Shown: piece after piece, positions 42,720 through 56,469 of the stretch
Position numbering within the stretch: position 1 is the first letter of the stretch
How the letters are laid out: every line of letters starts with the position of its first letter
From: Euprymna scolopes
Taxonomy: Eukaryota
Strand: one strand, 5' to 3'
Length of the DNA: 64,000 nt
Assembly (NCBI GenBank): GCA_053919585.1
Contig: CM132796.1
The notes under the pieces: generated by a model
Seen by the model: only the letters and a program-made list of their open reading frames with translations
What the model was told of the DNA's origin: nothing
The model's database searches: none
Made by a program: the position numbers and the translations under genes

Positions 42720-45700
42720 AATTTGAACCTATAATTTGTATAGAACTTTTATTCATTTTTTATAGAACTTTTATCCATTCTTTTATAAAGATTTGTACAG
42801 TTTTATAGAAGTTTTATACCGCTCGAAATCCATGTTCAGTAAGACCAGAAAAAGTAGGAAATGCAATATTATTTTTATTTTATACAAGAGATGGCAAGAG
42901 CTTACAGATAAATATAATCATAGTTTGATCGGTATAATAAAATGTTCCCAGTACAGCAGAAATACACGATTTTATTTTGAGAGAACGTGTGTATTTTATT
43001 GAATTTTAAACATTATATATTTATAGAAATATTATCCATTTTTATAGATGTTTATACAATTATTTTCATAGAACTTTTATGAATTTTACTTTTATAAAAC
43101 TTTAATACATTATAATTCATGGAATTTTATACGTTTTTATAGAACTTTTATACATTTTATATTTATACATAATATTTTATAGAACTTTTATGAATTTCTA
43201 TAAAAATCTTAGGAAATGTATTTTTATAGAACTTGTATACATGTTATTTTAATAGAAGTGTTATACATTTACTCTTTTCTAGAATCGTTATGCTTTTTGT
43301 AGACATTTCATACATTTTACTTTTTAGAAATTTTGTACATTATATTTTATTAAACTTTAATACATTTTCTTTTTCATAGAACTTTCATACATTTTAGTTT
43401 ATATGAAACTTTTTGTGCATTATATTTTTATAGAACTTTTATACATTTTAGATTTTATAGAGCTTTTATGCATTATATTATAATAGAACTTTTGTGCATT
43501 TTACAGGACATTTTACGTTTAATTATTTATAGAACTTTTGTACATTTTATTTTTATTGAATTTTTATGCATTTTATTTTTCATAGACACATTATACATAT
43601 CATTTTATAGTACTTTATACATTTTATTTTTTACAGAACATCCATAAATTTTATTTTCATTGAAGTTTTATGCATATTTTTAAACCTTTATACATTTTAC
43701 ATTTATAGAACTGTTTTACATTATATTTTTATAGAATATGTAAGAATTTTTATAGAACGTTTATATATTTTATATTTATCGAACCTTCGTACATTTTACA
43801 GAACTTTTATATATTTCATTTTTCATAGGACTTTTATGTAGTATTGAACTTTTACATATTTTAATTTAATAAAACTTTTCTACACTGTATTTTATGGAAC
43901 TGTTTTACATTTTGCATAGAACTTTTACACTATTTAGTTTTATAGAAGTTTTATACGTTTTATTTCTTATAGTAGTTTTATAGGTTATATTTTTCATAGG
44001 TCTTTTTTCATATTATTTTATAAAAGTTTATTACATTTCATTTTTCATACGTATTTTATAGATTTTATTTTTGGTAGAACTTTTATACATTTTATTTTTA
44101 TTATATTTTATAATTTTTTTAGGAAATTTATACATTTTTTTATAAAATTTTTATACATTTTATTATTTATAGAACATGTTTACATATTTTATAGAATCTT
44201 CTCACATTTGATTTTTATAGAACTTATTTAAATTTTATTTTTATAGTATTTTTATCGAACATATTTTCCATAGATATTTTATTCATTTTATTTTTCTAGA
44301 ACTTTTATACATTCTATTTCTTCTATAACTTTTATGAATTTTGTTTTATAGACTTTTATATACGTTATATTTTTTATAGAATATTTATGATTTTTCATAG
44401 AAATTTTAGACATGCTATTATTTATATAACGTTTATAGATATTATATTTTTATAGAACTTTTATACATTTTATTTCTTATAGTACTTTTATACATTATAT
44501 TTTTCATGGGAATGTTATGCATTTTTATAGAACTTTTATACATATCATTTTAATAGACATCTTGAATATATGAAATTTTATAGAAGATTTATACATTATA
44601 TTTTATAGTACATTTATATAGTTTATTTTATAGAACTTTTTTGTATGTTGTTTTAAACACTTTTTATAAATTATATTTTGATAGAACTTGATATTTTTTA
44701 TTATAAAACATTTACAGGAGTTATTGTTGTAGAGTGTTTCATTTTTCATTTTCTTTTTATAGAACTTTTATACATTTTGTACAAATATTTTAGATTTCAT
44801 TTTTATAGAACATTTATACATCATATTTTATAGAACTTTTATGAATTTTTTATAGAACTTTTATCCATTTTGTTTTTATAGAACTTTTATACATTTAATT
44901 TTTTATAGTACTTGCATAATTTATATTTTATAGAATATTTATAAATTTAATTTTTAAAGATCTTTTATATATTTTATTATTTATTGAACGTTTTTATATA
45001 ATTTTACACATTTTAATTTATAGAGCTTTTCTACATTTTATTTTCGCATAGTTCTTTTATACATAATATTTTTCATAGAACGTTTATGCATTTTATTTTC
45101 ATAGTCATTTTTACATATTATTTCATAGGAAATTACATTGGATTTTATAGAATTCTTATATATTATATTTTTATAGAACATGTATACTTTATTTTTTATA
45201 ACACTTTTATGCATGTTGTGTTTATTAGACGTTTTATGCATTGTATTTTATAGAACTTTATAAATATTATTTTGTAAGAACTTTTATATATATTAGTTTA
45301 TATAAAGTGTATGCGTTTAATTTTTTATAGTAATTCTATACATTTTATTTCATATAAAGCCTTTTGCATTTTATTTTCATAGAACTTTTATACATTTTAT
45401 TTGTATAGACATTTTACACATTTAATTTTTAAATGTGTAATACGTTATATTTTTATAGAATTTTATACATTTAATTTTATATGTTATATTTTCATAAAGT
45501 TTTATACATTTTGTTTTTATTGTATTTTTATACATTTTATTATTATATAAACTTTTTTGCATTTTTATTTTTATAGACTTTTATACATTTTATAGAACAT
45601 TTATAGATTTCATTTTTATAGTACTTTTATAAGTTATATGTGTATAGAACATTTATGAATTTTATTTTTATAGAACTTCGATACATTGTTTAGAATGTTA

Positions 45701-45830
45701 TACATTTATTTTTTATAAAACTTATAATTTTTATTTTTGATCGAACTTTTATGCATTTTATTTTTATTGAACTTTTATGCACTTTATTTTTAATAGATAT
45801 TTTATATATTTTTGTAGAACTTTTCAAAAG
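42720..45830. repeat. Degenerate AT-rich minisatellite, unit of about 20-30 bp with core TTTTATAGAACTTTTATACATT
   Basis: The core recurs head-to-tail over about 3.1 kb. Confidence 0.92.
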
Positions 45831-47066
45831 AAATTTGCCGCATTCTTGAAAGTTTTCAACTTCCAAAAGTCGTCGTAAATCGAGTGAGGAAAAATAAACA
45901 ATCACGTAAGTGAGTTTATGGAAAAGACGATTAGAATCTTTTAAAATCGTTTAAATCACTTAAAAGCATTCCTTCAACTGCATATTGAGCATGATTGATG
46001 GTTGTTTTTTCATACATTAATTGCGATGCGTAGATCACAGCATAAGTCGGATAAAATGGCGGTGGTATTAATAAGTATATCGCTAAATAAGGGTTGGGGG
46101 ATATCGTGTGTCATGTTGGTAAATTACACTATTCGGGGGAGAAATGCTGGTTCTAGTCATGCCGATGTCTATTGCTCTAGCTCAGTTTTTTTTAGAATTG
46201 TCTGTGACCAAACTGGAAACTAACGTTTTTAATATCATACCTAAACCAGGCATTTATTTGGCCATGTCGATGATATACTTCTATTAAAAAAAATTAGATG
46301 AAATAATACAAATTAAAACAGCATTTAAAATTATTCAGTACTAAATTTCACGTATAAAATGCATATAAATAAAACTATTCCCTTCTTTGATATAGAAATT
46401 ACAACCGACACTGATAGATTTATTACCTACCCATACAATAAAAATGTCAGTAAGAATCATTTCTCCTCAATTATAAAACTGAATGCTTCGATAAATTAAT
46501 ATATACTATATAGATTAATAGTAATGAAAATCCCACCTACCGAGCCAAACGTACTTCCCTCACTAATGAAGTCAAACAATATACTCTTTAACAAAGACAA
46601 AATAATCAAAATATTTAAAGTTTCTTTACAAGGTTAAGATGGGCAATTTTCATATAATAATGATAACAATAAGAATAAAGTTAATATAAAACAATATATT
46701 GTAAGGTTTATCAGTATGGAAAGCGATGAAAATGAATGTAAAACATATTTAACCATGGTATTTCAAAGCTATATGTTTCTTATCAGGAAAGGGAAAATAC
46801 CAGCATTAAATAAATAAAAAAGATATAGTATGATCATAAAAAGTACATTTGGGAAAACAACCGTCCTTAAAAAGAGCAGATGGTAAAAATTTAAGGTAAG
46901 TTGTCCTGGTTGTTAGATTATCAAGAAAATTCTGCNNNNNNNNNNNNNNNNNNNNNNNNNNNNNNNNNNNNNNNNNNNNNNNNNNNNNNNNNNNNNNNNN
47001 NNNNNNNNNNNNNNNNNNNNNNNNNNNNNNNNNNNNNNNNNNNNNNNNNNNNNNNNNNNNNNNNNN

Positions 47067-47380
47067 AATGGCTTATAGAACTCAGGACACAAGGAAAAGA
47101 TTAAATACAACAATTCCGCTCCTCCTGCAGGCCGCCTTAAATATGCAATCACACACAATATGACTCGTAAGAAACCAGTTCAAATAACAAGATCTGCCGC
47201 TATCAATAACCATGAACCAGCCTACATATATAATCCAAACCAAAATACTAATTGCAATACCTCTAACCCACCCATTCTTCAACATTGTACAAAACTTTTA
47301 CAAATACCCACACAGATATAGTTCTATTTTCAATAAAAATGCAATCAGGATTTCTTATTCAACAATGGCTAATTCATCAC

Positions 47381-47449
<69 letters not shown>

Positions 47450-47960
47450 GAGGAGAAGAAGAAGGAGAAGAATTCTAACAGCCATCCTAACACTAACAAC
47501 ACTCATTATCCCCTCCGAAATAGTCCCCATACAATCATTGTCCAACCATTTGTTGAACACTATGAACAAAATTCAAACAATTTAACAAATACAAATAAGC
47601 AAATTAATATTAATACCAGACCTCGAGCTTTTAATAAAGTACATACATATATCGGCGCTACTTCAACATTAATTAAGAAAAGAATATCAAACCACATGTC
47701 TTCTTTTAACAACCATAAATCTAATAATAATCAAGGAACTTCTCTAACCACTTTAATTAAAAAACTTAACTTTAATAACCCTAACCCTAACCCTAACCCT
47801 AACCCCCTTCTCAATTAAATGGACCATCATAAAAAAGTTAAGTCTGTACTCCAGTCTCAAAGTCATGTCGCCTCTGCACAACCGAAATTATAACTATAAT
47901 TACTTCCCCGCAAAGTAACAATATAATAAATTCTAAAAATGAACTGAATTACTTTCTTAT
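47067..47960 (+). pseudogene. Penelope-like retroelement 3' region with GIY-YIG endonuclease, decayed
   Basis: NSGHKEKIKY (RT C-terminus), TYIGATSTLIKKRISNHMSSF, KWTII and CRLCTTEIITI...INSKNEL match the PLE endonuclease pattern YIG..R...H / W.I / CxLCxxE / N...E. Confidence 0.8.
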
Positions 47961-48130
47961 TTTTTTCTTGATTTTGCAGATACCGGCTACCCCCTCCACT
48001 CAAATAATTTTTATTTTTTATTTTATATTTGATTTTTTCTTTATTTATTTATTGTTTATTCATTATTTATCTTTTATTTATTTATTAATTCATTTATTTA
48101 TTTATTTATTTTCCATTTATTTATTTATTT

Positions 48131-48702
48131 ATTTTTTTACAAAGGCATCACCACATTATCAAGGCCCAGAGGCCACTCAAGGATAAGGGTTAAAGAGTGT
48201 ACAGTAGAAATTGGTCAATATAGTAATCATTAGTAATGAAAATTTGGTAAATTTAATAACTTATATGGAACGGCTCATCAAGAACTTATTTACTTTAGAC
48301 TTGAACACAACCATATTGTAGTCAGCCGGAAAGCAGGAAAACGGAAGACAATTCCACAGGCGTGCAGTTCTAAGAAAGAAGCTTTGTTCATGGAATCTAC
48401 GTTTAGGTTTAGGCACAGATAAAGAGTGGGGGAAATTATTGATAGTGTTTACAGCTAGACGAGTGTTTCTTGTGAAAGTTTGGCGAGGGGGGACCATAGA
48501 TTGAAGCTCAGTTGAACACTTTCCATGAAAATAACGATACATCAGAGACAAACTCGCAACATCTCTTCTGTGAGATAGAGGTTGCAAGGAGGAGAAAAGG
48601 ACATCTCCTACGAGGCTACGAAGTCTATTTTGAACTCTATCAAGGCAGGACAAGTCCTTACTAGCAGCTCCTGCCCAGATGTGGCAACAGTATTCCATCC
48701 AT
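48131..48702 (-). mobile_element. CR1/Zenon-like LINE family B, 3' fragment
   Basis: ORF 48261-48806 contains MEYCCHIWAGA...HRRDVASLSLMYRYFHGKCSTEL; same 3' UTR as 41711-42283. Confidence 0.92.
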
Positions 48703-48910
48703 GTGTCTTTTAACAACTCTTGCTGACATGTTCTCAAGTAATAACCTGTATATTTTAGTTGACCTATATTATTTTGCCCTGTATATTTTTTCGCGTCTTT
48801 AAACATTTCCTGTCTGGGTCATTTTGGCATTTGTTTTTCTATTTTATATTTAATTCTATCACAATTTAATTTTTCCTCTTATTCTTCCTTGATCTTTCTA
48901 ATTTATATTT

Positions 48911-49442
48911 ATGCCTTGGCAGCAGTGTGATAAGCATATCTTATTTTTCTTTTATTAATATTATTGGATTTTTCCCCCTTTTTCCCTTGTACATATTTGT
49001 TAATTATTCTATGGATTTTGGCCTCTGGATTATTTTGGACTATCTTCAAATTACGGGATTTTCCTTTGATTTTACTTGTGCAAATGGAAATTCAATTAAC
49101 TTTCTTGAAGTTACATTTTTGGATTTTACCGTCATTGGATTATTTACCTTTCACCAGACTATCCATTCACGTGTAATCACCCTTTTCTTCACCGTATTCC
49201 CTCTGCTTCACTTTTTTACTATCAAGTAAGATCTTTGACTTGTTGTTTCATCAAATACGTTTGTATGCAAAATCTGACCCCGCATTTTGCTAATTCCTAC
49301 CCTCTTATGAGAAGGAAAGTATTTCTTCGAAACTCCAGGGATTAAGGACTATCTACTTATCAAGTGTTTCCTTTTTAGATTAAATATTTTTTAACTCTTT
49401 TTCAAAGTGTTTTTTAACATGTTTATTAACTTTTTGCTCGTG
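48911..49442 (+). mobile_element. Hammerhead-bearing family C, copy 2 (core mutated to CTTATGA)
   Basis: Colinear with 13044-13590; ends in (TA)n. Confidence 0.78.
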
Positions 49443-49484
<42 letters not shown>

Positions 49485-49716
49485 CTAAGTTATAAAAATA
49501 TATCTGGCAATCAAGCTACACAGAGTATTCCGCGTTTCATCCACGCGTTGATAATACGCAGAATATTCTGTGAAGCTTAATTGCCATAGGGATTGTTCTA
49601 TCAAACTACCTAGCTCTACCTATCTATTGAGTACTGTCGAAGTAAATACTTAAAATTTACGCATAAAATAATGCGTTCGTATATTAATTTATGTGATTAA
49701 ATTAAGTAGTCATATG

Positions 49717-49764
<48 letters not shown>

Positions 49765-49832
49765 ATAAGTATAACCATTTGTTTTCTAGAGAATTCCCTA
49801 TGAAAGCGAGAGCTGGTATAAATTTGAATATG

Positions 49833-49866
<34 letters not shown>

Positions 49867-50778
49867 GATATAGAGATAGATAGATAGTTCTTTGTCTGGG
49901 ACTAAGGTTACTAGGCACAAGAGTATATTCCACACGCCGGCGAGGTATGTATGCCGGAACTTACAGGTCCTAAGCTTCTCTGGAAATTTCTGTCACGGTT
50001 ACCTCACCGTAAGACTTTGGTTAAAAGACCCTGTGTCCAGAAGGCAATTAGAGGACGCAGGACATTCGCCGTTCATAAGAACATTGTCTGCTTGGCAGTT
50101 GTCCCACGTGATTCGTCTGGGAGAAGCAAAGTATGACGCTATTACATCAGTGTGATTTTAACACACGTACACACCAGACCTTGAATACCATGACATGGGG
50201 GACGGGGGGAGAGAGCCTCCGTAAGCATTTGTGAAAGCAAACTCTCTGGGAGAAAGAAACCCCCCGATATAAACCCTTCGACGCCTTCTGCATCCAATGA
50301 TCTTTACTAGGATCTATTTTTGGTTAAATGTGGCCGTTGTTCAGAGATTGGAATGAGCTTGAAACAAAGTTTTTCTTCAGCGTAAAAAGTTTCGAGCGCA
50401 GACATTACTTAATATGCAATGGAATACACATTTTACCATCAGTGTGTATCTCAATAACGAAAAGGCTCTCTGTAGCCTAAAACCTTCAATGAAGGCTACT
50501 ACAGATATGAACGTCAATGGCAATAAGGGCCCTGGAATTTTCAGTGTCCGATACGCCAGGTGTCTTAGGGCAACCAACCTGGACACGGTCGTCATCATAT
50601 TACATGCTAGTGGCGCTCATGTTTGCAAAGAACGTCTGAGTTTGGCCGGGCATAAAAGCCATTTCGTGCAGCTCACCGTTGAGCTGTCTTCATGCTTTCA
50701 TTTTCTAGTTCTACATTAAGTAATGGCAATATTCAAGAACAAATGAGCTCCTCCCCTTTCTCTTCTCTCTTTTTCTCT

Positions 50779-50821
<43 letters not shown>

Positions 50822-50869
50822 GAGAGAGGGGGAGAGAAAGATAGACAGTAAAAGAAGGGGAAAACAAAA

Positions 50870-51147
50870 TCCCGACGTTTACATTTTCCTTTGGCTATAA
50901 AAAATAGTGTGCATCATCATTGGTCAGAGATTACAATCACGCGAAGTTCGACTATGATCGGTCCAATGGTGTGGGCTGTAAGGAAGTATGTATGCATAGG
51001 CTATGACATTGATTTGTGATCTTAACCTTGAAAAATGGTGTACACCACCTTTACGTAACGGACCATCACCGTGCCAGCTTTGGTCATGATCGATCCAGTA
51101 ATTTTGGCTGTAAATGAGTTGTATACAGATAAACACAGACAGACGAA

Positions 51148-51150
<3 letters not shown>
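50870..51150. mobile_element. Short Helitron/Helentron-derived (DINE-like) repeat
   Basis: GTGCCAGCTTTGGTCATGATCGATCCAGTA...ACAGACAGAC followed by (TA)n resembles such non-autonomous elements. Confidence 0.4.
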
Positions 51151-51191
<41 letters not shown>

Positions 51192-51195
<4 letters not shown>

Positions 51196-51539
51196 ATTAA
51201 ATACATACAGACACTAGTGTTTCATCCTTTCGGGAATCTCCAGTGCAAGGTGTCACGATTAGCACCAGTCGACAGACCCGAACTCGGAAACACGAGCCAT
51301 CTCTGGCTCGATTACCAAAGACCGCATCCATCCGGCTACCATTAACCTCGATAAATAACGTTGAATTTAAGCATTTTAAATTTAAATGTTCTTTACGTCA
51401 GTGATCTAATCGTTATACAATGATCTAAGCATAAGAGCTAAATTGACCGACTTTAATTCAACTGAAAGTGCTCAACGATAAGAAACGAGTCTCTTAAAGG
51501 GGCTGTCATAATGATTTTTTTTACTATAATAATTGAATA

Positions 51540-51540
<1 letters not shown>
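51192..51540 (-). mobile_element. Second tRNA-headed hammerhead SINE-like family (F)
   Basis: A box TAGCCGGATGG, internal hairpin GAGCCAGAGATGGCTC, B box GAGTTCGGGTC, then HHR; (TA)n on both sides. Confidence 0.72.
51206..51247 (-). ncRNA. Minimal type I hammerhead motif (CUGGAGA variant)
   Basis: UGCA CUGGAGA uUCC cgaaa GGAu GAAA CAC ua GUG UC^UGUA; palindromic stem III and GUC cleavage triplet. Confidence 0.78.
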
Positions 51541-51597
<57 letters not shown>

Positions 51598-52265
51598 GAA
51601 TCACTGTGTATACGTATGCACTATATTAATACACACAGTACAAGTCGGAAAATAATAGATTCAGCAAAAAAAAGACATCATAAGATCCTTTATAACACTT
51701 AAGGACTGCTTTATTTTGTATTCAACTTATAATGAATATGAAAATGAAGTTCATATTACGATAAAAAGATGGGTATAAAATTACTCCAAAAGTCCGTCAT
51801 CAGGATATCATTAGAAAATATATGAAGCCCAAATTAATTGTTGTAAAATATAATGAAAAATGCAATGTTAAAAGAGAAAAATAAAAAGAGCAAAAACCCA
51901 AACGAAAAACAAAAGACTGGGGATGGCTGTAAAGGGTGAGATAGAAGAAAAAACGGGAAAATATAATAAGAAGAAGTAAGAAAGACTCGCTGAACAAAAA
52001 AAAGTAGATAATCTGTTTAAATTAGTCACACAAATAATAAGGACACACAACTTAATGTGATATGGCCAAATTAACAAGCATAGAGATTGCATAAAGCCCA
52101 GACACGCAAATAAGTACATGNNNNNNNNNNNNNNNNNNNNNNNNNNNNNNNNNNNNNNNNNNNNNNNNNNNNNNNNNNNNNNNNNNNNNNNNNNNNNNNN
52201 NNNNNNNNNNNNNNNNNNNNNNNNNNNNNNNNNNNNNNNNNNNNNNNNNNNNNNNNNNNNNNNNN

Positions 52266-52375
52266 AGTTGGTTAAAGGGGAAATTATTCCCAACTCTCAC
52301 TTAGGTAAAAATGCACTTTCGTACGTATTTGAATTCATTCAAAATGTATCGTCAAAACAAAAACAAATAACATCT
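52266..52375 (+). repeat. 3' tail of repeat family E
   Basis: Reverse-complement match to about 59715-59830; followed by (TA)n; emerges from an N gap. Confidence 0.75.
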
Positions 52376-52378
52376 ATA

Positions 52379-52461
<83 letters not shown>

Positions 52462-52530
52462 CACCCGACCACCCTTTTGCAGTGGCTGAAAACACACAAA
52501 ACATAATAGGCAAAATATGTGATTCTTTTC

Positions 52531-52976
52531 TTTTTTTTTACATAGGCATCAACACTTATCAAGGCCAAGAAGTCATTCAAGGATAAGGGTTAGAGAGTGT
52601 ACAGTAGACAATTGGGTAATATAGTACTCGTTAGTAAATGGAAATTCGGTAAATTTGTTAACTTATATGGAACGACTCATCAAAAACTGGTTTATGTTAG
52701 ACGTGAAGACAACCATATTGTAGTCAGCTGGAAAGCAGGGAAACGGAAGGCAATTCTATAGGCTGCACTTTTAAGAAAGAAGCTTTATTCATGGCGTCTA
52801 CGTTTTGGATTAGGCACAGATAAAGAGTGGGGGAAATTATTGATAGTGTCTTATGCTAGACGGTTGTTTCTTGTGAAAGTTTGGCGAAGGGAGGAAATAT
52901 AGATTGGAGCTCAGTCGAACACTTGCCAGGAAAATAACGATAAAGCAGAGACAAACACGCAACATCTCTTCTGTGA
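52531..52976 (-). mobile_element. CR1/Zenon-like LINE family B, 3' fragment
   Basis: Colinear with 48131-48575, with poly(A) end. Confidence 0.88.
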
Positions 52977-53103
52977 CCCTTTGATATTGCTTTTGCTATG
53001 TTGTAGTACTGAAAATATCAAAAATGCATGCGAAACAATAATATATAAGTTAATAAAAAGAATAGTTTTCGCAGGAAATAGAAATGTAAGTGATTTCTCA
53101 TGT

Positions 53104-54095
53104 AATTATTTGACAGTGGTTTTAGCTAGACGATTGTTTTTCGTGAAAGATTAGCGAGTGCGGACCAGAACTTGGAGCTCAGCTGATCCTTTGTCATGTA
53201 AATAACGATAAAACAAAGACAAGCTTGCAATGCCTCTTCTGTCTTAGAGAGGATGCAGGGAAGAGAAAATGGGCATTCCGCACTAAGCTATGGAGTCTAT
53301 TTTGTACTCTGTCAAGGTAGAATAGGTTGTTTTTAGCAGCTCCTGCCCAGATGTGGAAAGAGTACTCAATCTGTGGACGTACTTGGCTTTTCTGTAGATA
53401 AAGAATTGCATCAGTAATGAGATATCTACTGGAGCGGTAGAACGATCCTACCTTTTTTCCAGCGACCTTGGCAACAGATTTAGTGTGCGTGTTTCATTTC
53501 AGATCAGGAGCAAAAGTCAATCCAAGAAACTTGTCAAAACATGGAGCCTCCTCAAGACGAGAGCCATCCGTTTCAATTGAAGCCAGATGGGGATCAGGGC
53601 GTTAATTATCTAAAGATATGAACTTGGTTTTAGATGCATTAAAAGTAACCAGCCACCTCTTCCCCCAATGTAAAACGCGCTCAAGATCAGAGGAGAGAGA
53701 ATTAGAGAGAACTTTGTTATTTACGGCCCTTAATCTGTTGCCATAGATGGTAGTGTCACAAGCATAAATGTCAACCAATGATTTAAGTATGTATTTTGGG
53801 AGATCAACGATGTAGATCAGAAAGAGAAGTTGGCCAAGGATGGACCCATGCGGAACTCCACCATTAATACTGTGGACTTGTGATTTCTTCCCATGAACAA
53901 CTACTCTTATTAACCTATCAGAGTGAAATGATTTAATAACTGAGAAAACATTTCCAGTATACCGTAGCTGGAAATCTTGTGAAGTATGCCTTTATGCCAT
54001 ACCTTATCGAATACCTTTCATATGTCAAGAGCAATTGCTCTATAACAGAAACCTTTCTCGAGAGATAAACTGATTCTATGAGATATAATATTAGA
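53104..54095 (-). mobile_element. CR1/Zenon-like LINE family B, RT-region fragment
   Basis: GVPHGSILG, IYACDTT (decayed YADD), WGKRWLVTFNASKT and RPQIEY motifs. Confidence 0.88.
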
Positions 54096-55089
54096 AAATG
54101 TAAATATATTGTAAGCTTACTGAATATCTATCTATATATTTAATTTTCTCCAAATAATTTGTCATTTTACATAACATTTAACATATCCAACTGCAAAGCA
54201 TGTAAAAACGTAAGTTAGTTTATTTTTTTTATTTCCGTATCCAAGCTAAATCAAACACAAGCATGGGCGTGCTATTTTACTTAAGATATAAATAGGTGTA
54301 CGTATTTTTTTCCGTAAAGTTTGTTTTTTTGGAGGGAATTTTTATAAACATTTAACATTTTATGTGTTGCAATATTAATAAACATATATATTTTATAGAC
54401 AATAGACAAGAAACATTATCTGGTCCATCGCTGGGCCAGATAATGTTTCTTAGTGACACCATCTTTTAAAATGTAATAACTGTTTTTTTTTAGAGAGAGA
54501 CGAATAGAATTTCGCAATATGAGAATAATTAGAGCTCAGACAATGGGAATTGTTAACATTTTGGAAGAAAGACATTATTATTTTTGAAGTAGTAAAGTGA
54601 ATTGTAATGGTACGTCTATGAGTTTATGATTCAGTTTCGAAGGGTGCCAGGAAATATATAGTTATAATATGTATGTTTCTTCGCCGTGATGATTGGTGGC
54701 GACAGGAGAACTTCAGATTTAGAGGGAAAATAGTAAGTACTTCCCCGAATAATAGTGGTATTGTGATGATGTTCCTCCTCGAATGAAACGTTGGATTTTT
54801 AATATAGCGAATAACTATGTCTAAAAATTTGTTTTTAAGTTATAGAAGAAAGTGGGTAATATTCAAGACATTGTAAATTTGTATGTGTTATCTATTTTCG
54901 CAATCCTACAGTACTTTAATCCAGGGGGAATTTCGGCAATGAAACTAATATATAGAATAAACGGTGAACATAAACGGTCTTGCAGAATTTTTAATTTTGA
55001 TTGTAAATGAAGTATTTTAAGTGTTCGTTTTAATGCCTTTTCTTTATATATCGCTTTAAAGAGTGTTTTTGCTAATCGTGAACTTCACT

Positions 55090-55985
55090 CGTTTTTAAAC
55101 AATTGCATTGTTTTTAGAACGTTTAAGACAATATGAAAAAGATAGAAAATTCGCACAATTTTCTTAATTCAATTTTATTAAAGCTAGGCTGAACACTGTT
55201 AAACGCGCTAACAATATCAATGAAGTGTTTAGACTATGTATTACTACTGGACACACAGCACGATGTTTTTTTAAGAAATTTCGTATCGGCAACGAGAGCC
55301 TTGAAGATGATGAGCGTAATAGTCGGCCCTCGGGTGTTGACAACGTTCAATTAATAGCCTTAGTCAGAGCCAATCCCCGCATAACTGTTCTATATTTTTC
55401 CTCTAATGAGACGTAATGTATACGATGATTTCTAACCACTTGAGAAAAAATATTTATTAATAGTTGCCTGATGAATTGGACGGCACCCAGAAGCAACGCC
55501 ATCATAATATGTTATCTTCTATTCTAGTACGCGACAGTGCTCATCCATTGCAGATTGTTGAATGAATGCGAAACAATTACCATAGAGGAATAAGCTCAAC
55601 AAATGCATCAGAAACTTCGACCACAACAGCATGCATTAGTCAAATGAAAAGTTCCAATTCCCTATCACGACAATGCCAGAATTGGACAATGAAACTCTGC
55701 CTCATCTGCTATACTTCTTAGATCTATCACTTACCGACTATCACCTTTTACAAGCATCTCGGCAAGTTTCTGCGTGCGAAATGTTTAAAATACCTAAGCA
55801 ATATATAGTGTCGCCACCAGAACGCAACATTGCTGCGTAGTTCGCATTAATACACATGTTTTGCGTTGGAAAAAGATTGTTTATTCTGAGGGTGCTTATT
55901 TAGATCAATATACATTTCTTTGAGCCGAGATATATTCATCTGTATAAAAGAGTTAAAAGCAGCAAGAATTTTATTTTAAATCTAA
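55090..55985 (+). pseudogene. Mariner (cecropia/Hsmar1-like) transposase relic
   Basis: FKKFRIGNESLEDDERNSRPS (HTH), HDNAR and DLSLTDYHLYKHL motifs. Confidence 0.85.
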
Positions 55986-56411
55986 AATATTATTTTAAAA
56001 AATATATGAAATATAATAATCGACCCTAATCTAAAAACAGCAGACCGTAAAATGATTTGATTCCTAAAAATAGTTGCATTATAAATACAATTTTGTTTTG
56101 GAGGATGTTCAAAATTTTTCGTCTCGACTACAATCAATTATAAAAACAAAGGAATTAAATTTTAGACGATTGCGCTGGCAAACTGAATATTAATATTCAG
56201 AAAAAAATAAACGAAAATATTCTCGGGTTATGTCTATAGCAAACTCATTCATCAACGTCTCCTGAAATAAAGTTCAGCAATATTAAACTAGCAATATTGG
56301 CGCAGATTTTTGTTTAAATATTTACAATTTAATAGCATAGTTTCTGGAAATCCAAGGTTAATATAACTTGTTTAATATTTAAACACACGCTCGCACACAA
56401 ATATATACACG

Positions 56412-56469
<58 letters not shown>

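Noticed and set aside
49890-50720. RTE-like 5' UTR and C-terminal fragments; possible HDV-like ribozyme near 50195
   Set aside because: The similarity is only impressionistic, and the HDV P1/P2 pairings could not be built
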